Origin: a virus
Lineage: Duplodnaviria; Heunggongvirae; Uroviricota; Caudoviricetes
Length of the DNA: 41,126 nucleotides
Direction: 5' to 3' (one strand)
Virus record (IMG/VR): IMGVR_UViG_2706794694_000014
Shown here in pieces: positions 1-11,167 of this stretch; the first letter of the stretch is position 1, and each line of letters starts with the position of its first letter. The position numbers and the translations under genes were made by a program. The notes under the pieces are model-generated. The model was given only the letters and a program-made list of their open reading frames with translations, was not told where the DNA came from and did not search any database.

Positions 1-858
1 ATGATGGCATTATTACTGGAGCCACTGCAGTTCACCTTTATGAGTCACGCACTGCTGATTTCACTGGTAGTTTCCATACCCTGTGCGCTGCTGTCGGTCT
101 TTCTGGTCCTGAAAGGTTGGGCACTGATGGGTGACGCGATGAGTCATGCGGTTTTTCCTGGTATTGTGCTTGCCTGGATTCTGAGGTTACCTCTGGCTAC
201 AGGGGCATTCGTCGCCGGAGTATTCTGCGCGGTGGCGACGGGATACCTGAAAGACAACAGCCGAATCAAGCAAGATACAGTGATGGGGATTGTTTTTTCT
301 GGCATGTTTGCCGCAGGTCTGATCTTGTATATTGCAGTCAAACCAGACGTACATCTTGACCATATTCTTTTCGGCGACATGCTCGGGGTAACCATCGGCG
401 ATATAATCCAGACGGTGATTATTGCCGGGCTGGTTACACTTGTTATTAGCGTAAAATGGCGGGATTTTTTGCTGTTCAGCTTTGATTATCAACAGGCGCA
501 GGTAAGCGGTTTGCATACGAGATGTCTGCATTATGGGCTGCTGTGCATGGTCTCTCTGACCATTGTGGCGACGCTGAAAGCGGTAGGTATCATTCTCTCC
601 ATTTCTCTGCTCATTGCGCCTGGCGCCATTGCGGTACTCCTGACACAACGCTTTCATATTGCGCTCCTACTGGCGATTGGCATATCGGTAATAGTGTCAA
701 TGACTGGTGTCTGGTTGTCCTTTTTTATCGACAGTGCACCAGCTCCGACGATTGTCGTCTTATTCGCGGTTGTGTTCATCATGACGTTCACCGTTACCAG
801 CATCAACGCACGCACAAAGGGAAACACCCATACACAGGATTTGTCATCACCCAATTAG
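1..858 (+). CDS. sitD: ABC-3 family metal (Mn/Fe) transporter permease, SitD/MntB-like; probable prophage cargo
   Basis: 285-aa highly hydrophobic multi-TM ORF starting exactly at position 1; sequence recalled as SitD-like permease. Upstream sitABC would lie outside the window. Confidence 0.6.
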   Translation: MMALLLEPLQFTFMSHALLISLVVSIPCALLSVFLVLKGWALMGDAMSHAVFPGIVLAWILRLPLATGAFVAGVFCAVATGYLKDNSRIKQDTVMGIVFSGMFAAGLILYIAVKPDVHLDHILFGDMLGVTIGDIIQTVIIAGLVTLVISVKWRDFLLFSFDYQQAQVSGLHTRCLHYGLLCMVSLTIVATLKAVGIILSISLLIAPGAIAVLLTQRFHIALLLAIGISVIVSMTGVWLSFFIDSAPAPTIVVLFAVVFIMTFTVTSINARTKGNTHTQDLSSPN

Positions 859-1016
859 CACAACATCCGAGGACAGCATCGTCCGCTGGCCCACAGAAGT
901 CCGGAAAGTCATGGAAGGTCGTTGTTGGGAGGAGGTACAAATTCTCTCATGCAAAAAATACGTAAAATCGATAATAGCTGGAAATAATTCAATACATGCA
1001 CTCTCGAAAGTGCATC

Positions 1017-1060
1017 AGCCAACCGCAGAACGTTATTGCATACAACGTTTCTGCGGCATA
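1017..1060. terminator. Hairpin between convergent sitD and tfa (ccgcagaacgtt ... aacgtttctgcgg)
   Basis: Near-perfect 12-bp inverted repeat with ~11-nt loop in the convergent intergenic region; no strong U-run. Confidence 0.3.
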
Positions 1061-1070
1061 ATCCCAATGA

Positions 1071-1341
1071 TTACTCCCTGACAGGGTTCGTAGGCCACTC
1101 AATATCAGGTGCAGTTGACGTATCAACACGGTTCAGCAATACCCGATACTTTTTCCATGCTTCCAGCAACGAGATTTCTTCCTCCGTTGCAATTTCCAGA
1201 TCTGCAGCATCCTGAAGCGGCGCAATATGCTCACTGGCTACCTGCATCAGGTTGTTTTTTGTTTCTTCCGCCTCCCGGATCCGGAACAGTTTTTCTGCTT
1301 CCGTATCCTTCACCCAGGCTGTGCCGTTCCACTTCTGAAAC
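1071..1341 (-). CDS. tfa: Tail fibre assembly protein Tfa, C-terminal part (N-terminus lost in N-run)
   Basis: C-terminal ...[28 protein letters not shown] matches the lambda Tfa C-terminus. The ORF track merges it with stf only because Ns translate as X. Confidence 0.7.
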
Positions 1342-1574
1342 NNNNNNNNNNNNNNNNNNNNNNNNNNNNNNNNNNNNNNNNNNNNNNNNNNNNNNNNNNN
1401 NNNNNNNNNNNNNNNNNNNNNNNNNNNNNNNNNNNNNNNNNNNNNNNNNNNNNNNNNNNNNNNNNNNNNNNNNNNNNNNNNNNNNNNNNNNNNNNNNNNN
1501 NNNNNNNNNNNNNNNNNNNNNNNNNNNNNNNNNNNNNNNNNNNNNNNNNNNNNNNNNNNNNNNNNNNNNNNNNN
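1342..1574. other. N-run (233 nt), assembly gap at stf/tfa boundary
   Basis: Run of n characters. Confidence 0.99.
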
Positions 1575-4286
1575 CATACCTACTGAGCCTTGTACACCCC
1601 AGGTATTTTGACCTGAGCTTGTATAACCATATTGATAAGTATCTTTAAAAACACTGGGGTTAAATCGACGGCCATCTCTATGGCTGTGATTACCAGCTGC
1701 ATTCGTGCTGCCACTTAAACTATGGGTATGCGCACCAGTGTTATTCGTGGATTTAGTGCCGTAATCAAACGACGATGTGGTTTTCGTCCCCAAATCCGTA
1801 CTGGATGCGCTGGCGCTGTGGGTATGCGATTTAATGCCGTCCTGTTCCTGAGACAATACGGCCCGACCACTGGCAGGTTTGCCCTTAATCGTCCAGCCAC
1901 GCATATCAGGGATCACGCCTGACGGATAAGCCGCTGCAAGTTTCGGGTATGCAGATTTGTCAAAAGCCTGCCCCTGCATCAGGGCATAGCCAGACGGAAC
2001 GGTATCTGATGGCCACGGGATTGGTGCGCCAGGCGGATAAAACTGCTCTGATGGCGTATAGAGTGAATAAACTGTACCGTCCGTTAACCCTTCCGGCTTA
2101 TTAGCAGAATATGCTGGTGACGTATGAATCGTCACGCTGGCATTACTGGTATAATCCCATTGAATATTTACACCAGTCGCATAATTTCCGATTGCAACGT
2201 AAATATCGTAAGTATCACCAGATGTATTAACCCAGGCAAAATTTGTAAACCCTGTCAATGTGCGCTGCCATAAAGCACCAGTAATCCCCTTCGGATTACC
2301 ATTACCTGCACGTAAAACAAGTTCAGATATACCTGCCTGTTGAGGTGACCCCACGTTAAATCCAGCGCCACCAATCAACGTAATTGAAACAACAGAACTC
2401 GCCTGTGGCATGGTTACCGTTGCTAATTTGAACCAACCAGCACCACCGCTGAATGACATTGTTGTTGAGTTAAGCGTACCAATATCTTTCGGCGTCAGTG
2501 TTATATCCGCTGAAAGCGCCTTACCATTCACCTTACGGGCAGAAGGTACCCGACCATTCGCATTGTCATTAGCTGCTTTCACTGCTTTCGGTGTCGCAGC
2601 AAGCGTTTCAGATGTGCTGTTGGTTGCACTACTGAGCTGGACAATTCCTTTTTGTGCTGTCGTAGCGTCCTGTGCGGTGTATTTCCCGTTAGCCAGGTCA
2701 TACGCGGCCTTAACGGCTTTTGGCGTTGCCGCCTGTGACTCGGAAGTGCTGTTAGTCGCACTGCTGAGCTGAACTATCCCTTTCTGTGCTGTCGTTGCAT
2801 CCTGTGCGGTGTATTTCCCGTTAGCCAGGTCATACGCGGCCTTAACGGCTTTTNNNNNNNNNNNNNNNNNNNNNNNNNNNNNNNNNNNNNNNNNNNNNNN
2901 NNNNNNNNNNNNNNNNNNNNNNNNNNNNNNNNNNNNNNNNNNNNNNNNNNNNNNNNNNNNNNNNNNNNNNNNNNNNNNNNNNNNNNNNNNNNNNNNNNNN
3001 NNNNNNNNNNNNNNNNNNNNNNNNNNNNNNNNNNNNNNNNNNNNNNNNNNNNNNNNNNNNNNNNNNNNNNNTGACGCCTGTCTGGTCGCCTCATCTTTTG
3101 AAGCAGACGCAGATGATGCCGATGACGCCGCCGAACTGGCGGACGATGCGGCAGCCGTTTTTGAGGATTCTGCGCTGGTTTCCGACGCTTTCGCGTTCGT
3201 TTCGGATGTCTTCGCTGCGGAAGCAGACCTCGCTGCTGCGCTGGCCTGTTCAGTGGCTTCGCCAGCCTTCGTTGTGGCTGTTGAAGCGGATGATGCGGCG
3301 CTTTCTGCCGATTTTCCGGCGGCGGTGGCACTGACTGCTGCCTCCTCTGCCTTAATGGACGCCTCACGGGCCGATGATGCAGCTGCTGTCTCAGAGTCTG
3401 CCGCAGCTGAGGCGCTCTGTTCCGCTGCCGTTTCAGAAGACTTAGCATTCGTCTCGGACGTTTTTGCCGCCTTCACGGAATTTCCTGCCGCCGTTGCCGA
3501 GGAGGCTGCACTGCTGGCGCTTGTGGAGGCGTTCGTTTCTGATGATTTTGCCGCCTCTTTGGAGGCCGCCGCATCTCTGGCTGAAGTGGCGGCTTCTGAC
3601 GCTTTCGTTGTCGCAGTGGATGCAGAAGTGGCTGCTGATTTTTGTGACGCTGCAGCATTCGTTTCTGACGTTTTCGCCGCACCGGCACTGGTGGCCGCCG
3701 CGCTTTTTGAGGACTCTGCAGCGGCAGCACTTTTTGATGCTTCAGTGGCCTTTGTTGATGCCGTTCCTGCGCTGGAAGACGCCTCCTGAGCCGAAGTCGC
3801 GGCCTGTCCGGCTGACGTGCTGGCTGCACGCGCTGAGCCTGCAGCATCAGTCGCATGGGTTGCCGCCTCACGGGCAGATGTGCCGGCATCACTGGCTGAC
3901 TTCTTCGCGGCTGCCGTGTTCTGTGCCACCGCGGACGCGTTACGCGCCACCTCTTCCACCATCAGTTCAAAACGGCGCAGAGCCTCCGGACGGGCATCAT
4001 CCTCCGTCATGGCACCGAGAAAATCATTCAGCGTACCGGGTCGGGAATCTTCATACACAGTGATGGTCCCGGCATGTGACGGCGGGAATCCTTCCACCAA
4101 CAGAATAACGCTGTACTGACCGTACTCAACGTCCATGCTGTAACGCCCGGCTTCATCCGGATTTTCTGAGGCCAGCGTGTTCACCACCACCGTGGTGCTG
4201 TTACGTTTTGCTTTCAGCTGGATTGTGCAGTTCTGTACCGGTTTTCCTGTGCCGTCTTTCAGTACACCTGAAATCTTTACTGCCAT
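1575..4286 (-). CDS. stf: Side tail fibre protein (lambda Stf homologue); C-terminus lost in gap, internal gap 2854-3071
   Basis: N-terminus [62 protein letters not shown] is near-identical to lambda Stf; long Ala/Ser/Thr-rich shaft; ATG at 4286 preceded by GGGGTG (track start 4292 is a GTG two codons upstream). Confidence 0.85.
2590..2853. repeat. Intragenic tandem repeat in stf (unit ~132 bp, at least 2 copies, continuing into gap)
   Basis: gtatttcccgttagccaggtcatacgcggccttaacggctttt occurs at ~2681-2723 and ~2811-2853; encoded peptide [41 protein letters not shown] repeated. Confidence 0.8.
2854..3071. other. N-run (218 nt) inside stf, adjacent to 132-bp tandem repeats
   Basis: Run of n characters immediately after a repeated 132-bp unit. 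Confidence 0.99.
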
Positions 4287-4295
4287 ATTCACCCC

Positions 4296-4326
4296 ACAAA
4301 AAAGCCCGCCTGAACCGGCGGGCTGT
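4296..4326 (-). terminator. Rho-independent terminator downstream of lom
   Basis: Minus strand agcccgcc-ggttc-aggcgggct followed by TTTTTT. Confidence 0.7.
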
Positions 4327-4350
4327 CATAACACTGTGTTACCTGGCTAA

Positions 4351-5413
4351 TCAGAATTTATAACCGACACCCACGATGAAACCGTCAGTGCGCCAGTCGC
4401 CACTGCCGGAGCCTTCATAAGCAATATCAATGGCCACGGATTCGGTCGGGTTAAACTGCACGCCAGCTCCCCACGCCAGAGACGTGTTGCTGTGGCGACC
4501 GTCATCACTTCCGGTCAGCACGTCGTGCGTTTTCCCCTTATTGTCAGTTACGCGGATATAATCCCCGGAAAAAGTCGACACACGGCTGTAAGCCACACCC
4601 GCCATCGCATACGCGCTGAACCANNNNNNNNNNNNNNNNNNNNNNNNNNNNNNNNNNNNNNNNNNNNNNNNNNNNNNNNNNNNNNNNNNNNNNNNNNNNN
4701 NNNNNNNNNNNNNNNNNNNNNNNNNNNNNNNNNNNNNNNNNNNNNNNNNNNNNNNNNNNNNNNNNNNNNNNNNNNNNNNNNNNNNNNNNNNNNNNNNNNN
4801 NNNNNNNNNNNNNNNNNNNNNNNNNNNNNNNNNNNNNNNNNNNNNNNNNNNNNNNNNNNNNNNNNNNNNNNNNNNNNNNNNNNNNNNNNNNNNNNNNNNN
4901 NNNNNNNNNNNNNNNNNNNNNNNCCAGCGGGTATCGCTGTAACGGGTCAGCTGGCGATTCTTGTCTCCTGCATAGCTGAACGACGTCACCATCCCCAGTG
5001 TGTCCGTAAACTCATAACGGTATTTCACGTTAATCCCGTTCAGATCATCACTGCCGGGAACGTTCGTCCGGGCATGAAGATACCCCGCGCTCAGCGTGGA
5101 CTGATGTTCAGACGCCCATGCAGGCGCACCGGATACGGACGGAATCTTCATGCCAGCGGGTATCGCTGTAACGGGTCAGCTGGCGATTCTTGTCTCCTGC
5201 ATAGCTGAATGACGTCACCAGCCCCAGCGTATCCGTAAACTCATAACGGTATTTCACGTTAATCCCGTTCAGATCATCACTGCCGGGAACGTTGGTCCGG
5301 GCATGAAGATACCCCGCGCTCAGCGTGGACTGATGTTCAGACGCCCATGCAGGCGCACCGGATACGGCCAGACAAATGGCTGCGGACAAAATTGCTGCAC
5401 AAACTTTACGCAT
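4351..5413 (-). CDS. lom: Lom-like outer membrane protein (Ail/Lom family), disrupted in assembly by a 300-nt N-run and a ~228-bp tandem duplicate of its 5' part
   Basis: N-terminus MRKVCAAILSAAICLAVSGAPAWASEHQSTLSAGYLHARTNVPGSDDLNGINVKYRYEFTDTLG and C-terminus ...DIAYEGSGSGDWRTDGFIVGVGYKF match lambda Lom; 4924-5151 nearly duplicates 5152-5380. Confidence 0.8.
4624..4923. other. N-run (300 nt) inside lom
   Basis: Run of n characters. Confidence 0.99.
4924..5151. repeat. Tandem duplicate (~228 bp, a few mismatches) of lom 5' coding region 5152-5380
   Basis: Direct comparison of the two segments; junction encodes ...TRWHEDSVR then restarts at the signal-peptide sequence VSGAPAWA. Confidence 0.85.
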
Positions 5414-5424
5414 AATTACCTCTC

Positions 5425-5465
5425 GCTTTTCTGCAATAAAAAAGGCGTCATTCCTGACGCCCTTT
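5425..5465 (-). terminator. Rho-independent terminator downstream of J (tJ-like)
   Basis: Minus strand ggcgtca-ggaa-tgacgcc followed by ttttttatt; A-run on the other side, so possibly bidirectional. Confidence 0.7.
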
Positions 5466-5483
5466 ATTGGGGTTATAAATATT

Positions 5484-8400
5484 TCAACGAATACTGATGC
5501 CGGAAGCGGCTTTTTTGGTCACAATCACCGTACAGTCGGTGATATTGCCTGCCCCCTGATTGCCTTTCTGGAAAATCTTAAACTCCAGAGTGACGCTTCC
5601 CCTGCCACTCGGCATATCAATAACTGCACTGTAACTACCGGGAATGGCCCCTTTAGTTTCTCTGGATGCGATTAATACGCCGTTTTTGCGAACTTCAAAA
5701 CCATAACCCGTGTATCGCGTGCCTCCTGGGTTATTTCCGCTCCCCGGATCGTCATACGCTATACCGTTAAAAATAATGGGCGGAATAATAATCTGGCGGT
5801 CAAAGTTATGATCATCGCTGATGGTGACTGTAACCGTACCGTTTGGTGTTTCCGTGTTACCCCACGTACCGACTTTTTTCGGGAAGGCTTTTGATACAGC
5901 TTTAACGAAATCTCCTCTGACCTGGGTCGCCTCCAGCATGCCCTTAATCGTACAGTTCTGGTTAATCGTGACATTGTTGAGCGTCCCTGAATTTGCATTC
6001 ACATTACCGCTGATATCCGCATTTTTAGCGGTCAGCTTTCCGTCTGGTGTCAGGGAAAATGCCGGCGGATTTCCACCGCTGGTAATGGTGGGAGCCGTCA
6101 GGCGTTTCAGGAACACGTCATTCATGAATATCTGGTTGCCCTGCGCCACAAACATCGGCGTTTCATTCCCGTTTGCCGGGTCAATAAACGCGATACGGTT
6201 AGCGGCAACCAGAAACTGGCTCAGTTTGCCTTCCTCCGTGTCCTCCATGCTGAGGCCAATACCCGCGACATAATGTTTGCCGTCTTTGGTCTGCTCAATT
6301 TTGACGCCCCACATGGCATTCCACTTATCGTTGGCGTCCTTCCACTCTTTCGAAAACTCCTCCAGTCTGCTGGCGTTATCCTCCGTCAGGTCGACTTTTT
6401 CCAGCAGCTCCTGGCCGAGATGGGATTCGGTTATCTGGCCTTTGAAAAAATCCAGGTAACCTTCCGCATCATCGCTCGCCCGACCGACAGCCTCCACGAA
6501 TGCTGATTTGCCGACGGTGTTCACACTGCGGATATAAAAGTAATAATCATGGCCCGGCTTAATATTGATACTGGCGGCTATCCAGTACAGCCCCGTGCCA
6601 AGGTAGCGGGCTGTGGTTTCAACCTGCCTGATATCCGCAATCCGTTTTTCCGAGAACCAGAACTCAAACTGTACCGTCGGGTCATAAACCGCAAGATGCG
6701 GCGTGGCGGTTATCTGAAAATAGCCCGGCGTCAGCTCAATCCGCGACGGCGCTGCCGGTGCGGCAATCCGGAACGATACCGACGCCGGATCGCCCTGCTG
6801 CCCCCACGCATTTACTGCCCGGACTGTCAGCCTGTAGTTCCCCAGAGCCAGTTGTGTGAAGCGGTAAGTGGTTTCCGTCGTCCGGGCCGTGCTGACCAGC
6901 CGCTCACGGCCGTCATCCGCTGCCACGGTCAGGCGAAGCAGGAAGCTCACGCCCTTCACCACCTTCGGCGTGTCCCAGCGGGCCAGCACCTGGTATTCCC
7001 CGCTGTCTGCGGTGACTTCTGCGGTCAGGTGCTGCACCGCTGGCGGCGTGACACCATTTACCGTGCCGCTCTGGTCGCCGTCAAAGTGCGCCCCGTTATC
7101 CACGATGGCCTCTTTTTCCGGTACATGCTGCACGGCAGTGATGGCATACGTGCCGTCGTCGTTCTCACGGATACTCACGCAGCGGAACAGGCGCTGGCGC
7201 AGCGTCGGCAGCTTCAGCCCCCATACGCTGTATTCAGCAACGCCGTCAGGAACACGGCTCACTTTCACCTTCACGCCGTCGGTGACGGACTGAACCTCCA
7301 CGCTGACCGGACTCCCCTGCCCGTCAACCAGGCTTATCAGCGTGGTGCCGGAAGATGGCAGCGTGATTTCACGGTCGAGCGTCAGCGTCCGGGTCTGGCT
7401 GTTTACCGCCAGCACGCGCCCGCCGGTGCGGATACCGGCATAGTCATCATCGCAGATTTCAATGACATCGCCCGGTACATGGCGAAGCCCTTCGGCACCC
7501 ACGCTGAAGTCCACGGTCTGCGTTTCCAGCAGTTCTGTTTTAATCAGCCACAGCCCGGCGCGGTGTGCCTGCCCCCGGCTGGTACAGCCAAAAGCATCCA
7601 TCTTCGTGACGTTACGACCGTAACGGGCAATGGCCTGCGTGTCCTCCACAAGCTCTGTCGCCGTCTCCCAGCCGTTATTCGGGTCAATCCAGTTCACCTC
7701 AACGGCATTATGGCGGTCCTTCAGGGCGCTGAAGCTGTAGCGGAACGGCGCACCATCATCCGGCATCACCACATTACTGCGGTTATAGGTCCACACCTTA
7801 TCCGACGGTCGGTCCTGCACGAACGTCAGCGTCTGCCCGTTCCATACCGGCATACAGCGCATCGCCGAGCAGAAATCACTGAGCACATCCCACGCCTTGC
7901 GCTGTGTGGTCAGGTACGCATTACAGGTGATGCGCGGCTCCGTGCCGCCAAAACCGTCCGGCACCGACTGATCGCAATGCTGGCCGATGACATACAGCGC
8001 CCATTTGTCCACATCCGCCGCACCAAGACGTTTCCCCATGCCGTAGCGCGGATGGGTCAGCATATCCCACAGACACCAGGCCATGTTGTTGCTGTATGCT
8101 GGCTTAAACGTTCCGTCCCAGATACCGCTGTATTGCCGCGTCTGCGGGTTATAGCTCGACGGCACCTGCAGAATGCGCCCGCGCAGATGATAATTACGGC
8201 TCACCTGCTGGCTGCCGAACTGCTCCGAATCCACCTGCACGCCGACCAGTGCCGTGTTCGGGTAGCACTGTTTCACATCGATGATTTCGGTGTATGACGA
8301 CCAGAGCGTTTTGTTCTGCAGCTGGTCTGTGGTGCTGTCTGGCGTCATCCTGCGCATCCGTATATTGAACGGGCGCGGCGGCAGGTTACCCACCACCACC

Positions 8401-8897
8401 GAGGCCAGATACTGCGAGGTGGTTTTGCCCTTAATGGTGATGTCTTTTTCCGTCACCCAGCCACCATTACGTTGTATCTGAACCAGCAGGCGGACTTCCG
8501 ACGGATTCCTGTCCCCCTTTGAGGTGGTTTCCACCAGTGCCTGCACACCGAAGGTAAAGCGCAGACGGTCAATGTTTGCCGACGTGATGGTCCGGGTGAT
8601 CGGCGTGTCGTATTTCACTTCCGTACCCAGTACCGTCTCGGAACCTGATGATTCAAATCCCTCCGGCGGTGTCTGTTCCTGCTCACCTGCCCGGAACACC
8701 ACCGTGACACCAGAGATGTTGGTATTCCCCTCACTGTCCAGCACCGGTGTACTGTTCAGCAGCACGCTTTTTAATCCATCCACCGGACCTTCAACCGGCC
8801 CTTCGCTGATGGTATCGATCACACTCAGCAACTGCGTGGACTTCAGGTTGTCCTTTGCTTCGCGCGGGGTATGCCCCTTACTGCTGCCTTTACCCAT
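5484..8897 (-). CDS. J: Tail tip central fibre / host specificity protein J, with C-terminal receptor-binding region differing from lambda
   Basis: 1137 aa; N-terminus [34 protein letters not shown] and most of the length match lambda J; the last ~150 aa do not match the lambda J C-terminus as recalled. Confidence 0.95.
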   Translation of the reverse strand: MGKGSSKGHTPREAKDNLKSTQLLSVIDTISEGPVEGPVDGLKSVLLNSTPVLDSEGNTNISGVTVVFRAGEQEQTPPEGFESSGSETVLGTEVKYDTPITRTITSANIDRLRFTFGVQALVETTSKGDRNPSEVRLLVQIQRNGGWVTEKDITIKGKTTSQYLASVVVGNLPPRPFNIRMRRMTPDSTTDQLQNKTLWSSYTEIIDVKQCYPNTALVGVQVDSEQFGSQQVSRNYHLRGRILQVPSSYNPQTRQYSGIWDGTFKPAYSNNMAWCLWDMLTHPRYGMGKRLGAADVDKWALYVIGQHCDQSVPDGFGGTEPRITCNAYLTTQRKAWDVLSDFCSAMRCMPVWNGQTLTFVQDRPSDKVWTYNRSNVVMPDDGAPFRYSFSALKDRHNAVEVNWIDPNNGWETATELVEDTQAIARYGRNVTKMDAFGCTSRGQAHRAGLWLIKTELLETQTVDFSVGAEGLRHVPGDVIEICDDDYAGIRTGGRVLAVNSQTRTLTLDREITLPSSGTTLISLVDGQGSPVSVEVQSVTDGVKVKVSRVPDGVAEYSVWGLKLPTLRQRLFRCVSIRENDDGTYAITAVQHVPEKEAIVDNGAHFDGDQSGTVNGVTPPAVQHLTAEVTADSGEYQVLARWDTPKVVKGVSFLLRLTVAADDGRERLVSTARTTETTYRFTQLALGNYRLTVRAVNAWGQQGDPASVSFRIAAPAAPSRIELTPGYFQITATPHLAVYDPTVQFEFWFSEKRIADIRQVETTARYLGTGLYWIAASINIKPGHDYYFYIRSVNTVGKSAFVEAVGRASDDAEGYLDFFKGQITESHLGQELLEKVDLTEDNASRLEEFSKEWKDANDKWNAMWGVKIEQTKDGKHYVAGIGLSMEDTEEGKLSQFLVAANRIAFIDPANGNETPMFVAQGNQIFMNDVFLKRLTAPTITSGGNPPAFSLTPDGKLTAKNADISGNVNANSGTLNNVTINQNCTIKGMLEATQVRGDFVKAVSKAFPKKVGTWGNTETPNGTVTVTISDDHNFDRQIIIPPIIFNGIAYDDPGSGNNPGGTRYTGYGFEVRKNGVLIASRETKGAIPGSYSAVIDMPSGRGSVTLEFKIFQKGNQGAGNITDCTVIVTKKAASGISIR

Positions 8898-8957
8898 TCC
8901 TCACGCTCCATAAACGACAAAACCGCCCGGAGGCGGTTTCACATAAAACATTTTGCA

Positions 8958-9605
8958 TCAGCGACCAATCACCACAACCTGACCACCATCCCCTTCGTCT
9001 GCCGTGCTGATCTCCTGAGAAACCACACGTGACCCCACGCGCATTTCACCGTACAGAACAGGCAGAACATTGCCCTGGGCAACCATGTTATCCAGTGAGG
9101 AGAAATAGGTGTTCTGTTTGCCGTTATCTGTACTGGCTGCCGTGGGCGTCCTGGCTTTCGGTGCCAGCATCTGCGCCACTCCGCCCAGGATCATACTGGC
9201 CCCTGCCGCATACATGCCCGATACAGCCGCGGCCCCCAGCCAGCCCACAGGGTTCCACCATGCCACCGCAATCAGCGCCGCCCCAAGCACCACCTGAAAC
9301 ACACCGCCACTTTTAGCTCCCGCCAGACGCGGCACGATGTGGATCACGGCACCATTTGCCAGCGGCTCATTAAGACGGGCAGATAATTCATTTTCGCCTG
9401 CATCACGCCCGGCAATGCGCACCTGATACCAGCCCTCATTCAGTTTCTGACGAAACGCCGGGATCTGCATGGCCAGCGCCCGGATGGCTTCGGACCCCGT
9501 TTTCACTCGAAGGTCGATGCGGCGGCCAAATCGTTGTAAATCCCCGTAAAGGCAGATGCGTGCCATGCCCGGTGACGCCAGAGGGAGTGTGTGCGTCGCT
9601 GCCAT
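8958..9605 (-). CDS. I: Tail tip assembly protein I
   Basis: MAATHTLPLASPGMARICLYGDLQRFGRRIDLRVKTG... and C-terminus GNVLPVLYGEMRVGSRVVSQEISTADEGDGGQVVVIGR match lambda I. Confidence 0.9.
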   Translation of the reverse strand: MAATHTLPLASPGMARICLYGDLQRFGRRIDLRVKTGSEAIRALAMQIPAFRQKLNEGWYQVRIAGRDAGENELSARLNEPLANGAVIHIVPRLAGAKSGGVFQVVLGAALIAVAWWNPVGWLGAAAVSGMYAAGASMILGGVAQMLAPKARTPTAASTDNGKQNTYFSSLDNMVAQGNVLPVLYGEMRVGSRVVSQEISTADEGDGGQVVVIGR

Positions 9606-10246
9606 TTGTCGGTATACCTCTCTCGTTTGCTCAGTTGTTCAGGAATATGGTGCAGCAGCTCGCCGTCACCACAGTAAATGGCGGCATGATTCGGCACCGA
9701 TGAACCAAAACAGCACAGCAGCACATCGCCCGGCTGCGCCGCTGACAACGGCACCTGATACAGCCCTGTAGCCTCCAGATTATCCAGATAGAGATTCTGA
9801 CCGTGACGCCACCAGTCATCCCCGCGATGAAAATCCGGCATCTCAATCCCCGCCAGATGGTAAGCATCCCGGAACAGCGTGTAACAGTCCGTCACCCCGT
9901 GCTCAAAGCGCCGCCCGGTAAGATGTGGCACACAGCGGAACTTGTGAATCGCCCCCCGGCAGACCAGCCACCACGGCAAATCACTCTGCACCTGCAGCCG
10001 CCGGTCGGCCTCACTCAGCCAGGGCAGACCACCGGGGTGGCTGTGGACCAGCGCCACAATCTCACCCTGCATCTCTGCCCGCAGCCAGTCCTCCGGCGAC
10101 ATCCGGAAATACTCCTCCGGCTCACCGGAGATATTCACGCAGGGAAAATATCTTTCCCCCTCCGGTGTTCTCACCACGAAGCCGCACGACTCCGCTGGCG
10201 CACATCGCCGGGCGTGCGCCAGAATCGCTGATTCTGTCTCTGTCAT
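9503..10246 (-). CDS. K: Tail tip assembly protein K (JAB/MPN + NlpC/P60 domains)
   Basis: JAMM motif HSHPGG...SEAD and NlpC/P60 Cys motif GVTDCYTLF; overlaps the start of I by ~100 bp as in lambda; ATG at 10246. Confidence 0.9.
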   Translation of the reverse strand: MTETESAILAHARRCAPAESCGFVVRTPEGERYFPCVNISGEPEEYFRMSPEDWLRAEMQGEIVALVHSHPGGLPWLSEADRRLQVQSDLPWWLVCRGAIHKFRCVPHLTGRRFEHGVTDCYTLFRDAYHLAGIEMPDFHRGDDWWRHGQNLYLDNLEATGLYQVPLSAAQPGDVLLCCFGSSVPNHAAIYCGDGELLHHIPEQLSKRERYTDKWQRRTHSLWRHRAWHASAFTGIYNDLAAASTFE

Positions 10247-10251
10247 GGGAT

Positions 10252-11158
10252 TTACTGCGAAAGTTTGTTAATGGAAAGGAAGCCGCCAAAGTTGCCGACG
10301 TTATTGCGAAACTTACAGCCGCTCAGGCATTTGCTGCATTTATCCTTCGTGATATCGGACGTCGGCTGATCATATTCATCCGCGACCGCCGGACCGTGAT
10401 AACCGCACTCATCGCCGCGATAGGTCCAGGTGCAGGTGTTGGCCAGCATGATACGTCCCGGAAAAACAGCGCCATCCGTTTCCGTCGGCGTGGACAGTAC
10501 AAANNNNNNNNNNNNNNNNNNNNNNNNNNNNNNNNNNNNNNNNNNNNNNNNNNNNNNNNNNNNNNNNNNNNNNNNNNNNNNNNNNNNNNNNNNNNNNNNN
10601 NNNNNNNNNNNNNNNNNNNNNNNNNNNNNNNNNNNNNNNNNNNNNNNNNNNNNNNNNNNNNNNNNNNNNNNNNNNNNNNNNNNNNNNNNNNNNNNNNNNN
10701 NNNNNNNNNNNNGAGGCACTCACCGCGCTCAGTTCGCTGCACTGCTCGATGCGCCAGCGGCTGATCACCTCCTGCTCCGGATCGGCGTCACTGTTTCCGT
10801 TGACGAAGTTCACCGCATCCAGAAAACGGGCGTAAACCTTACGCCGGACCACCGTTCCGCCGACCAGACTCTGCAGATCTTCCGCCATCCCGGTGACCAT
10901 GCCGTGCAGGTTAGAAACCGTCAGTGTCGGACGGGCAGCACTGCCCTTGCCGTTCAGTTCAAAACCACTCCCCTGAATGGGATACGGCTGATACTGTCGC
11001 CCCTGCCAGGTGACCGGCTCACCTTTTTCGTTCTGCTCATTACAGAAAAAATAACGTTCTCCACCGACCTCTGTCAGATCGATTTCCCAGAGCACCACCT
11101 GGGCTGACTGAGTGAGGCGTGTCGTCTCATGATGTGTTTCCTGTGGAATATCCTGCAT
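10252..11158 (-). CDS. L: Minor tail protein L (interrupted by N-run; flanks are contiguous in protein sequence)
   Basis: MQDIPQETHHETTRLTQSAQVVLWEIDLTEVGGERYFFCNEQNEKGEPVTWQGRQYQPYPIQGSGFELNGKG...; C-terminal Cys cluster TCTWTYRGDECGY...CSKCLSGC. Confidence 0.9.
10504..10712. other. N-run (209 nt) inside L
   Basis: Run of n characters; flanking codons encode ...SELSAVSA(S) and FVLSTPTETDG, which are adjacent in lambda L as recalled. Confidence 0.99.
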
Positions 11159-11167
11159 CAGAGACTC

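Noticed and set aside
522-965. 147-aa plus-strand ORF overlapping the sitD 3' half
   Set aside because: Alternative frame of the sitD coding region; His/Cys-rich junk.
2809-3789. 326-aa plus-strand ORF (Ala/Asp-rich) antisense to the tail fibre
   Set aside because: Mirror image of the Ala/Ser-rich stf shaft and runs through an N-run; not an independent gene.
6549-8297. 582-aa plus-strand ORF antisense to J
   Set aside because: Lies entirely within the well-supported J gene on the opposite strand; Arg/Pro-rich junk composition typical of antisense frames in GC-rich coding DNA.
9925-10764. 279-aa plus-strand ORF antisense to K and L
   Set aside because: Overlaps two conserved tail genes and spans an N-run; proline/arginine-rich, no start context.
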